Below, piece after piece: positions 13,085-25,600 of a stretch of DNA of 64,000 nucleotides (within the stretch, counting starts at the first letter, position 1; every line of letters begins with the position of its first letter). The translations under genes were made by a program, and so were the position numbers. Under the pieces are notes generated by a model. It did not search any database and had not been told where the DNA came from. It saw only the letters and a program-made list of their open reading frames with translations. Source of the DNA: Octopus sinensis (lineage: Eukaryota); the NCBI RefSeq assembly GCF_006345805.1, contig NC_043001.1:89342001-89406000 (forward strand), written 5' to 3'.

Positions 13085-13745
13085 TTAGCTTATATGATAA
13101 CTAAGTTATTTTACTAAATTCTTTGTTATATTTAAAGTGAATTGAAAGAAACACAGAGTATCTCAACAGAAATATGGTAACAAAAGGGGTAAACAAGCAA
13201 CAGGATGTCAGGAAACAAGGTAAACTGCTCAATAAACTAAGACTGTCCATAAGGGCTTTACAAATTGGCAACAGGAATACAAATGATCCAAGTAGGACTA
13301 TTATGAAACTGTAAAACCTTCTAAAAGCAACAGTCAGATATCCTTCAGATTACACCCTGGCATGGCTGTGTGATAAGAAGTTTGCTTCCTAACTACATGG
13401 TCCCAGGTTCAGTCACATTGCATGGCACCTTGGACCACTGTCTTCTACTATAGCCTTTGACCAACAAAAACCTTGTTAGTGGATTTGGTGGACAGAAACT
13501 GAAAGAAGCTCAATGCACATATATAATAAATATATATATATATATATCTATATATATATATATATATATATATCAACCTTCACTGACTGTTTTCCATGCT
13601 GGCATGTGTGTCTTTGTGTCTGTGTTTGACAACCAGTGCTAGTATGTTTATGTTCTCAAAACCTAGCAGTTTCACAAAAAATTTTTCGCTGTTGACAAAT
13701 GGGTGTAAATACATCAAATCAGCTCACAGCACCATCTGACCAGAC

Positions 13746-13791
13746 TGTGGGGTGCATGCATTTTGGAGTGGTTCTCTCCTCTTCAGCCACA
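13746..13791 (-). ncRNA. Decayed minimal type I hammerhead ribozyme (two core substitutions)
   Basis: The minus strand reads TGTGG-CTGAAGA-GGAG agaacca CTCC-AAAA-TGCATGCA-CC-CCACA. Helices I and II are perfect and helix III is palindromic. GAAA has become AAAA and UC has become CC. Confidence 0.6.
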
Positions 13792-14982
13792 AAAGCTAGA
13801 CAGAGTGGCACAGTGAGCTGACACAAAAGACAGTATTTCTCTTATGATACCCCTCTCATCATTTAATGACTGTGAACAGCACAGCTGCCTCACTGCACTC
13901 AACATAGCTAACTGATGTATTGCAAAGGATCTAGTACAGTCCCCGACAAGTTAAAAAAAATATATTCAGATAAAACATGCAAATTGCTTCTAAGCATTTG
14001 ATTAATTGTGTCCAAGATTGCATTTGCTCAATCAACATAAACATTTTACATAGATGGTAAGCAGGGTTAATAGTCAAACTTCACTTCCCTGTGGAAGCCA
14101 TTTCACATCACATTACTAACACATTGGAGAAAAGAAGCATTTAAATCACAATGTAAAGATGGGGCTGGTGTCCCAGGCACAGCTGAATGATTAAGAAGGT
14201 CACTTCCCAATATGGTTTCAGGTTCAGTCCCATTGCATGGAGGTTAAAATGATGATGATCGTCATCATCATACATCATACACACACACAATATGTAAACA
14301 GAATAGTAGAGTTGCAACATATAGTGAGGAAGATTAGATTCTTTAAGAAGTTTTACTTCAAATCTCAGGTAAAAGAAAGAGAATTTGTCTTTGCTTTTCA
14401 TCTTTCTTAAGCAAAAAGAAAAGTAAAAAAATAAAGGAGTGCTTAATAAAAAACAAGAAATTAAGCTTATTGTTAATCAATATAATGTAAGAAATTAAAA
14501 ACAACATCCATAACAAGGTGACTGGCAGAAGAATAAAAAAGGAATCTTTGGACAGGTTTAGCAAGCTGGTGCTTTGTCAGAAAGTGGTAGACACATAATT
14601 AGCATTCAAAGATAAAAGGTGTTATAGAACAGAAATAAAGCACTCAAAACTGCCGTTGTCAACAGCAACGACCTGGATTGCAAGGTAATTCAGAACATTT
14701 AAATGAAAAAAAAAAACATAAATATTAAAAATAAAATACCAGGATAAGTAAATAAAGCAAGTGATTATAGGACAAAGAAACTAGTTTAGATAGATTTTCT
14801 TGGGTTGGCACTTGACCAGGACAGTAGAAAATGTAATTGAAAATAGTTCAGATTCTAAGTAAAACATATGTGAGTTGCAAATCAAGGAGTAATGGATATA
14901 CAAACAGTACAGAAGGATCAACTTATGCTATTTAATTACTGATAAACTAACACAACAGCAGAGTAAACGACTTGAGGAAGTC

Positions 14983-15200
14983 TTAACTCTTTAGCATTCA
15001 GATAACTCTGTCACACGTAATGCTTATTTATTCACATTGTTTTGAATTAATCATGCAGTATCTTGCAGCTTTGAGATTTCGATGATGTGATTCTTTATTT
15101 TTAGAATGACATTGTATGGTAGGTTTAAGAAGCAAGTTTGAACATAAAACAGATAGAGTATTTGAGCCTTGTATGACCAGTTTAAATGCTAAAGGGCTAA
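14983..15200. mobile_element. piggyBac-type MITE family A; other copies at 22650-22876, 24779-25020 and 34769-34995
   Basis: About 220 bp, with TTAA + C(C/T)CTTTAGCA terminal inverted repeats and a shared internal sequence among copies. Confidence 0.8.
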
Positions 15201-15777
15201 ACATGTAATTTCTCTGACAGACTCAAGGAACCTTAAATTAAGCTTCTATTTCATCAAACAAGAAATAAAACTTCCCCTGGATAGGATGTTGGACTAACTT
15301 TCCTCTGGTACCATTTCTTTGACAGAATAAAGTAACCTATTCAGTGATGCAACAAAACACCAATAGCAGACTTCACATGAGTTAATGGTTGGCAAAACAT
15401 AAAATAAAAACTAAATACTTAAAATATTCAATGTCAGTCAAAGCCTAGAAGGCTATTGTTTAGAAATAGCATTTTTATAATCATCCAGGCAGGTTGTGTG
15501 TGAATGCATGCACAATAGCAAAAATGCTCATAGTCAATACTGTGAACTGGTTGGTGATAGAAGGGTATCCATCCATATACATCATGCTAAAAATAATATG
15601 ATGTACACAACAATAGCTTCAAATGGTTTTCTCTATTGTTGTATGAGCAAGATGACAAAATATGAAAATGAGTGGCAAGACAGTGAGAGAGAGCTAGCTA
15701 ACCTAAGCCAGCATGGAAAACTGGATTAATATGATGATATACAAGTGTGTGTGCATGTCTGTATGAATGTATATATG

Positions 15778-16464
15778 TATATAGCTTGGTTTAAGAAGAG
15801 ACAAAATTTAGAAAATCATCCTATAGTTATGATTTACATCAACATAATAAATACATACAACACAACAGATACACCAATATAAGGAACATATCAATATAGT
15901 ATTTATAATAGAAATAAGAAATACATGAGGTAAAAATATATATGAAAAGGATAAATAAATAAAGAGTGATATATTGATTAAAAATCATATTAAATTTAAG
16001 ATGAATTAAAAGTTATAAGATACATCAACGGCAGTGAAAAATCTTAATGATGGATTTAAAAGTCAGAGAAATAATAAGGATAAATTAGTTTTAAGAGTGC
16101 TATAACCTGCTATAAACATTTCTTCAGAGCTCTTAAAACAAATTTATCCTTATTATTTCTCTGACTTTCAAATCCACCATTAAGATCTTTCATTGCTGTC
16201 GATGTATCATAACTTTTCATTCTTAATTCAACATTTTTCGTCTTAAATTTAATATGATTTTTAATCAATGTATCACTCTTTATTTATTTATCCTTTTCAC
16301 ATATATTTTTACCTCATGTATTTCTTATTTCTATTATAAATAATATATTGATATATTCCTTGTCTTGGTGTATCTTTTGTGTTGTATGTATTTATAATGT
16401 TGATGTAAATCATAACTATAAGATGATTATCTAAATTTTTTCTCTTCTTAAACCAAGTTATATA
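15778..16464. repeat. Long foldback (inverted repeat) with arms 15778-16097 and 16130-16464 and a 32-nt loop
   Basis: The arms are reverse complements over their whole length (roughly 90% by eye, with one indel of about 15-20 nt) and both ends are bounded by TATATA. Confidence 0.9.
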
Positions 16465-16537
16465 ATTTCTAGTGTCTCGGGTTTGACCTGAGCACTTTCA
16501 AGCAGTTGTGTAAAAAAGACTTTTCAAAAGAAAAATT

Positions 16538-16599
<62 letters not shown>

Positions 16600-17856
16600 T
16601 ATATATATATATACATACACACACATATATATATATACACACACACACACACGTTTTGTTACCACTCTCATCCTCTGCAAAAAATTCCAAATTTTATTTA
16701 ATTTGCTTTGCGGGAAGGACTGTTTTAATTAAGTCGCATCTTGTCCTTACCTTTGAAACAGAGGACAACTGATAAGGGAATGTTCTTTATGTTGCATGTC
16801 TCATTTGTCTGGGTTTTCTTTTCAATGTTTGAAGAAAAGTTTGTTTCTGCTTTTGTTTTTTTATGTTCTCGTTTTGTCTACGTTTTTTCAATGTCCTGTA
16901 CCCATATATGCATGTATATATACATATATATGTAGGTATGTACATATATGTATATATTTATATATTTTATATTTATATATATATATATATACACACAGAC
17001 ACATACATAAGTACATACATACATACATATATATATATATACCTACACATATATACACACACACACACACACATGCATATACATACATATATACACACAC
17101 ATAATCATAATCAATACTATATACCCCATTCAGTTGAAGAGTCTTGTTTTGCAGATACTTAGTGTTGGTGCCATGAAAAAAGCACCAAGTACCACTCTGT
17201 GAAGTGGTTGGCATTAGGAAGAGCATACAGCAGTAGAAACCACGCCAAAGTAGACATTGGAGCTTGGTGCAGCCTGCTGGCTCATCTGTTAATATCAAGC
17301 CATCCAACCCATTCCAGCAAGGAAAGCACAACATTAAATGATGATGATGAAGTTGATGATGATGACAGGCTTCTTTCAGTTTCCATCTAGCAAATTTTAC
17401 TTACAACATTTTGTCAACCCATAGCTATAGCAGAGAACACATATCTATAGCAGAGACACTGAGAGCAAAGCCCCACCAAACCACATGGGTCTATAGTGAA
17501 TTTCATAATCATACTGCTATGCCTGCACCCACGTGTGTGTGTGTGTGTGGGTGTGTGTGTGTGTGTGTGTGTGGTGTGTGTGTGTGTGTTATATTTATGC
17601 ATTTATAAATGCTAGTCAAAAGTATATTTATTAGCTCAAAGATGAACTGATCAAAAGCATATTGTTGAAGAAAATGTAGAATAATCACCAAATTTGTAAT
17701 ATTTTTCAAAGACAGGCAAATAAAATTATTTAAAAATAATGCAATTATTTATTGATATTTGAACTGGCTGTGATAAAGTTTTCAATAATTTAGAAATAAA
17801 TCATATTTAAAATTAGAATTAATAGAATATATGTAATCAACAAAATTTGGTGTTGG

Positions 17857-18082
17857 TTAACCCTTTCGTTACCAACCCGGCTGAAACCGGCTCTGGTTCT
17901 GTAATACAAATGTCTTGTTTTCATAAGTTTTGAATTAAAATCTTCCACCAAACCTTAGTCACAATTTATGTTCCTCACACTAGCTTAATGATAACTAAGT
18001 TATTTTACAAAATTCTTTGTTATATTTAAAATAATTGAAAGAAACACAGAGCATCCCAAAATAAATACAGTAACGAAAGGGT
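17857..18082. mobile_element. piggyBac-type MITE family B, near intact
   Basis: TTAA-CCCTTTCGTTAC...GTAACGAAAGGG-T. A split copy lies at 11379-11501 plus 13085-13192, and a partial copy near 47795. Confidence 0.8.
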
Positions 18083-19920
18083 AGGAGTCATATGCAATAA
18101 CCATAAAATATAAATACTCACATCACGAAATTTAGTGTTTGTCAGAAAGATATGCTGACACACAATAATTAATTAGGTCAATTGCTCACATATCAGTCAA
18201 GTACTAGAGACTCCACTGAATTGTCTCTTGTGTACCTGTGTTAGAAATAATTACTACTAAGGTGACCAGTGACGTGGACACCAATTCACACAGCATGAAC
18301 AAAATAGTCTGTGGCAATGAATTACTTTCCATTAGTTTCTGCGATTTGATCAAACTCTGCTTTTGTCAACTTTGTCAACTCTCATGGATCAAGAAAATAA
18401 ATACAAATATCTTGTGAGTGGATTTGGTAGATAGAAATTGAAAGAAACCTGTCTCTCTCTCTCTCTCACACACACACACAATTGTGTTATGTGTGCATAA
18501 GCGTGTGCTTGTTTGTGTCTCCTTGTCTTGCCACTGAGTGATAACTGTAAATGAATGTCACTGTCATACAAGCAGTGTCATTCATCCCAAATATTTGACA
18601 AAAACATTTGGCAATAAGGAAATAAGGGGAGAGTTAGCAACAGGAAGGGCATCTGGCTGCAGAAAATCTGCCTCAACAAGAACTCTGTTCGACCCATGTA
18701 TGCATGGAAAAATAGACATTAAAACAATGATAATTATGACTATGAAGATGATATAATCAAGGATACTACAACCATAAATGTTGTGATCATGTGCCTCTAC
18801 CAGAAAACATCATTACTGTTTATTACCAGTAAAGGCTTAGCTTCCACACATGAGCAAGAGAGATCTGGTAGCTTGTACCATGCTTTCACAAGTTGTTTTA
18901 GGTGCCTATGTAAGCTCACACAGACACAGGCATTCTCTCAAGCTTGCCACTTTTGACTCAGTAAAACATCCGAGACTGTGACAACCTGGGAGAGGGAAGA
19001 CTGCAGTTGTTTGGCTCATATTTTCACCTGATTGGCACAGTTGCACCAGTCAGGTGAAAACATGAACTAACACAGTGTGCCACGCAGTTCAGAAATTGAA
19101 CCCATGACATTATGATTATTAGCTCAACACCCTAGCTAATAGGCCAAGCACTTTATGATTATTAGCTCAACACCCAAACTAGTAGGCCAGGTACTGTCTG
19201 ACAAGGCAATGTACCTTCATACTGTGATGCAACATGATCTAGTGGCTAGGACATCAGACTCCTATTCATAAAGTTGTGGGTTTGATCCCCAAGTGGCCCA
19301 CTGTGTCCTTGAGCAACACATATTACTTCATGTTGCTCCAGCCTACTCAGCTGAAAGTAAGTACAAACCAATAACCCATGCAGCCCTCCCTCTCACACTC
19401 AGTTGTTACATACTTGATGTTTTATTAGGTCAAGAATGAGAGGGCCGACACGGTGTCTATGTCTGCTCAGTTTCATAGGTCCCTAAAACAATTAGCAAAA
19501 GCATGGTACAATCTACTAAATCATTCTTGTTTATGAATGACACCTAAGCTTTTCCACCAGTAAAAAAAGTGAGAACATTCAAAATATTTATTGTGTTAGA
19601 CACTACACATAACACACACATATGTAAACAGAAAATAAACTAGAAATATTTTTAAGATAATTTATTTCAAAACAAAAATAAGTTAGTCAAAACTATGAAA
19701 AAAAACGAAAATTAATCAACATTAAGTTTCAAAGCATTTCTCTGCTTTTCTACAAATATGACTTTTGATGTATTTGATGTCAACTAATAGGTTTTCAATC
19801 AATTCAACTTTCAATTGATTTGTCTTTATGTGAGCATGTTTTTCACTGATTTGTCTTTTGGCCAATATGCTGTCAACAAATTTATTTTCAACAAATATAC
19901 TTTTGATCAATGTGCTGTAT

Positions 19921-19924
<4 letters not shown>

Positions 19925-20008
<84 letters not shown>

Positions 20009-20332
20009 GAAAAGAGATAGATAGATAGATAGATATATACATATATATATACTATATATATATATATACATATACACATATACATATATATATATATATG
20101 CATATATATATGTATATATGTGCATATATATGTGTGTGTATATATATAAGTATATATATATACATGTGTGTGTATATATATATGTGTGGTGTGTATGTAT
20201 ATATATATATATTATATATATATGTATATATATATAGTATATATATATGTGTATATATATATATGTGTATATATATATGTGTGTGTATATATATGTGTGT
20301 GTGTATGTATATATATATATATATATATATAG

Positions 20333-20367
<35 letters not shown>

Positions 20368-20448
20368 GTATATATATATGTGTATATATATATGTGTATA
20401 TATATATGTGTGTGTGTGTATATATATGTATGTATGTATGTATATATA

Positions 20449-20486
<38 letters not shown>

Positions 20487-20657
20487 ATGTGTGTATATAT
20501 ATATGTGTATATATATATATATGTGTGTATATATATATATTGTGTGTATATATATATATATGTGTGTATATATATATATATGTGTATATATATGTGTGTG
20601 TGTATATATATATGTATGTATATGTGTATATATATATATGTGTATAATATATATGTG

Positions 20658-20697
<40 letters not shown>

Positions 20698-20710
20698 TAT
20701 GTTATATATA

Positions 20711-20753
<43 letters not shown>

Positions 20754-20802
20754 GTGTGTGTATATATATAATATATATATATATATATTATATGTATACA
20801 TA

Positions 20803-20845
<43 letters not shown>

Positions 20846-20883
20846 GTGTGTGTATATATATATATTATATATATATATGTGTA

Positions 20884-20953
<70 letters not shown>

Positions 20954-21000
20954 GTGTGTGATATATATATATAATATATATATATATATATTTATATATC
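19925..21000. repeat. Compound (TA)n/(GA)n/(TG)n microsatellite of about 1.1 kb
   Basis: Seen directly; it explains the many YI/VC-rich pseudo-ORFs. Confidence 0.97.
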
Positions 21001-21320
21001 GACCCCAGGACTTATTCTGTGCAAGCCTAGTACTTATTCTATCGGTCACTTTTGCCAAACTGCCAAGTTATGGGGATGTAAACACACCAGCATCAGTTGT
21101 CAAGTGATGTTGGGGGGACAAACACAGATACACAAACACACACACACATATATATACATATATACGACGGGCTTCTTTCAGTTTCCGTCTACCAAATCCA
21201 CTCATAAGGTTTGGTCAGCCCGAGGCTATAGTAGAAGACACTTACCCAAGGTTCCACGCAGTGGGACTGAACCCAGAACCATGTGGTTGGTAAGCAAGCT
21301 ACTTACCACACACCCACTCC
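21000..21320 (-). mobile_element. Octopus OK/OR-type tRNA-derived SINE, truncated; further copies near 2735, 13355, 25500, 25810, 31830, 35400, 36320, 47100 and 53330
   Basis: Near-identical to the full copy at 61800-62205. Confidence 0.85.
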
Positions 21321-22278
21321 ATGTATATATGCATATAGATTAATATGCAGACACATATACATATACATACATACATACATTATACATTAAATATATATAT
21401 ACAAGGATGGGTCATTTGGAGTTTTCTTTCCTCAGTCAAGTTCCAGATTATCTTTGCAATTTCAGCTGGTTAATTTCAAGATTGCTCCAATTTGGCCAGC
21501 CCCAAGGAAAAACTAAGCTAAGAGCATTAGATTCCTTGGAAGAAAGCAGTGAAGGTATACAAAAACAAGGACAGAAAAAAACGGAGAAGTTTACACACAT
21601 ACATATAACAGGACAAAACAACAGGTATCTTTCGACTAAGGACGAATTAAATTAAGCTGGCATGAGTGGAAGAAACCCTTAAGTTGTGTCTATTAAACAA
21701 ACAGCCGTATCTATTTGACCATGTAAAGTGTTTGTCCATTAAAGTGACCATATAAAGTGCTTGTACCACCCTTCTCACACGTTGTGTAAGAAGGGTGGTA
21801 CAAACGAAACAACTTTACAATGATACTTCCTTTTGTGGGTGTTAAGCCCTGGCATACAGGATGCAGTCCTTAAACCACTGGACAACAAACCCTCATTGTA
21901 ATAGGAGGGTGTGGCATTGAAGATTTCGTAACTGGATACCTGTCATGCTTACAAAATTAAATGACCATAATATTTTCCTCCCTCCAATTGTAGAGAGGTT
22001 ATGTGCCTCCAGCCATTTGAGTCTGATGAGTCATACAGCTAAGTGCTTTATTTAACCAATGGTCACTCTCTGACCAGCCATAACAATACATCATATATAT
22101 ATATCCATACGTATGTATGTGCAAGTAAGCAAATAAATGCAAGACAAGGTGAATAAAATAGCACTTGAATACCATGCAGTGGTACTGAACCTGAAATCAT
22201 GTAGTTGAGAAGTGAATTTCTTAACTACACAGCCATTTCTGCACCTAAAGCACACACACGCACACACACACACACACA

Positions 22279-22325
<47 letters not shown>

Positions 22326-22454
22326 TTAATATTTATTCAAGTACAATACACTCTTAAGTATAAGGGGCACTTATAACTATGAGCAAAGAAATCCTTGAAA
22401 AAATATCTTTCATTCATGTGTAATATGTACTGACTTTTCTTCAGTGTCATTTCA

Positions 22455-22650
22455 GGATGCTAGACGTGGAGATCACAGTGGCAGTCAATATCACAATAAA
22501 GGACTGTGAGGACAATACAAACTATGTACAGAGATGCTATAAAGTGAACGAGTACAGAAACATATTTAATGTGCAGGTATGGGTCTGTCAGGGCTCACTT
22601 CTCAATTCACTTCTATTTATCACAGTTCTCCAGGCTATAAAAGAGGAGTT
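22455..22650 (+). mobile_element. RTE LINE RT fragment
   Basis: VQVWVCQGSLLNSLLFITVLQAIKEEF matches the RT motif VGVHQGSVLSPLLF. Confidence 0.7.
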
Positions 22651-25600
22651 TAATCCTTTAGCACTTAAACCTGCCAAATCTGGCCCAAATATTCTACCTA
22701 TTTTATATTCAAACTGGTCACATCCAGCCTCTGGCACCTAGCCTACAAAGTAATTCTAAAAATGGACAGGCACATTATCAAAATCTCCAAGCTACAACAC
22801 AATATATGATTAATTCAAAACAATGTGAATAATTAAGCATTAGATTTAACAGAATATTCTGAATGCTACGGGGTTATAAGCAGCTGCCCATAACCCTTTA
22901 GCATTCAGTTATGAGGATTTAGATATCCTCATGATCTATTTCGCATAACTAAATCTGTAACAGAATTAAAGAAGAAATCCCAGACATGCTAGCAAAACAC
23001 TAGAACTGAGAAACCCTGAAGTAAATATATTAAGGACTAAAGTATTATTATATAGGAAAGAAAACATGACCCTGCATAAAAGGGAGTAAGTAGGAATTCC
23101 ATACAGTGTACCAAGTGTAAACTATGGACACACATGGTATACAGTGGAATCATAGGTAGGTTTATGAAGAAGGCAAGCTAAGCAGTAGATGGATGTGTGT
23201 GTGTGTCTGTATTTATGTAAAGTACAACCTGTGCCAGGTATACAACAGAAGTAATATTCTGCTATGACACAGACTGAATATTTGTTAACGAAAATAATTT
23301 GTCGATTAATATATAACACAAAGCTAAGATGTACTTTGGAGGAACAAAGCATGTGAAAATATAAAACACCAATGGAAATACAGAGTAGAAAGCAATGTTG
23401 CAATGCATACAATGTTACAACTGCAGTTTCTCTCAGCTGTCTATTCAGCTATCTTGAAGAAACCAGATGCTGTAATTAGCAACAGATTACTGCTACTGCC
23501 ACCTCCACATCCACAACCACCACTACAATCACTGCCCCTACCCCCACTACTATCACCACCACTACTCCCCCACCACTTCCACTACCACCACCACCACTGT
23601 CAACGTCACTGCTGATGCTCCCACCCACCTACACTGCCGCCACCACAATCATTAAGGGAAAGAAATGGCAGAGACAGTGCCAAACTAAATGATTAATAGT
23701 GTTTTGTTTCATCTGTCTACGTTGCATCCAACTGCGACCAACTTTGCTATTCGTTGATAAATGTACCAGTCATGCACTGAGGTCAAGTCAGTCAACTCTA
23801 CTTCGACATCTCAAACAGGTGGCTTTGTTCCAAGGCTGCAAATCACTACCATCATCACTGTCATTATTTCTGCAAGAGTCTTCTTACACTGCATATCTTG
23901 AGTGCAACTTGATTTATTTTGACATAGCCCGTAAATATGTGCATGCTGATTGTTGTGTATCTGTGTGTTTACATTGTAATGATGTTACAACACCTAACTA
24001 CCACTCCTGGTGTGTGTTTGTTGTGTATATTATGTAAATATGTTACGTAATTCCTGTGGTGCCAGTTACATATTTTTCTCTCTCTCTCTTATCTTTCCTA
24101 ATGAATCTTTTTATTTTGATAATTTCTCCATTTCTCCAAGAATTGCTGGAAATGTTTGGATCTAATTATTACCAAGAAAATACAAAGGCTGTTGCCTAGG
24201 GAAATGGTATAGTATCTTATAACTGATTTCAAATTTTGGCACAAGGCCAGTAATTTCAAGGGAGGGGGTAAGTCAATTACATTGACACCAGCATTCCACT
24301 GGCACTTATTTTATCGACCCCCATAGGAATGAAAGGTAAAGTCAACCTCAGTGGAATTTGAACTCAGAATATAAAAACAGACAAAATTCTGCTAAGCATT
24401 TTGCCTGGCATGCTAATGATTCTGCCAGCTTGCCACCCTATAGCACCTTATTATTATTATTTACAATATCTACTCATGTATAAATCGCACTATTTTAAAC
24501 TTGATTTTAACTGAAAAAAAAAAAAAACTGGAATGTAACTTATACATGCAACAAAGCTAAAATTATGCAAGGAAAAAATTTCAAACCAAGATTAAACACT
24601 AAATTAGAGGTATGACTTATACACAAGAAAATACAGTACTTTTGAACCTCTATATTCTCAGCTCAAATCCTATAGAAGTTGATTTTATCATTCATTTCTC
24701 TGAGTTGTCAATAAAATAAGTACCAATTCCCCAAATCTTCTTTGGCTTTGTATTGATGTAAGTCTTTATTGAAGGTATTTAACCCTTTAGCATGCATATT
24801 AGAATTTTGATATTGATCTTAGCCTATAAGGCCGAGTCTGTCAAATATAATGCTTTTTCATTTACATTGTTTTGAATTAAAGACATATTATGAGATGTCA
24901 ATGATGTGATTATTTACTTTTACAATGACATTGTAGTGTAGGTGCGAGAGGCCAGATCTGGTTGGTTTGAACATAAAACAGATATTTTGGCTAGTTATGG
25001 CTAGTTTAAATGCTCCAAGGTGATGGTCTTACATTCTGAGTTCAAATCCTGCCACGGTCAACTTTGCATTTCATTACTAAGGAGTTGATAAAATAAAGTG
25101 CCAGTCAAGTATTGGAGCTGATGGTATCAACTAAACCCTTCTTGGCAAAACTGATGCCCTTGTGCCAAAATAAGAATTATTATTAAAGACATTTAAGTTG
25201 ATGGAGCGGTGAAAATAGTAAAGTACTAGATTGAAGGCAAAATAAATATTATAATTTTGTCACTTTTGTTGAGAGTTCAAATCCCACAATGTTGTCTGTA
25301 ATCTCCCTGAAGCCTACAAAATACGCACCAATCATGTACAAGATGAACAAATTCAGTTGGTTATCATCATCATGTTGAGGCAGATTATCTACAGCTAGAA
25401 GCCCTTCCTGTTGCCAACCCTCACTTGTTTCCAAGCAAAATAATATTTCCTACAGCCAGACATTTTTCAACAAAAGACTGGAAACAAACAACATGGCTTG
25501 TATAACAGTGATACTCATTTACAGCCATCACATAATGTTAAGACAACAGTACACACAAATATATGCATATGCACACATATATATAATGGACTTCCTTCAA

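Noticed and set aside
19021-19060. 11-15-bp hairpin TTTTCACCTGA...TCAGGTGAAAA
   Set aside because: It appears to be an internal part of a SINE-like repeat, with no independent evidence of function.
19722-21107. Long ORFs rich in Y/I/H/T/V/C, including the 249-aa ORF at 20052-20801; similar ORFs at 16.8-17.1, 37.4-38.0, 52.3-53.2 and 53.9-54.2 kb
   Set aside because: They are translations of (TA)n/(TG)n/(TACA)n microsatellites, which lack stop codons in several frames.
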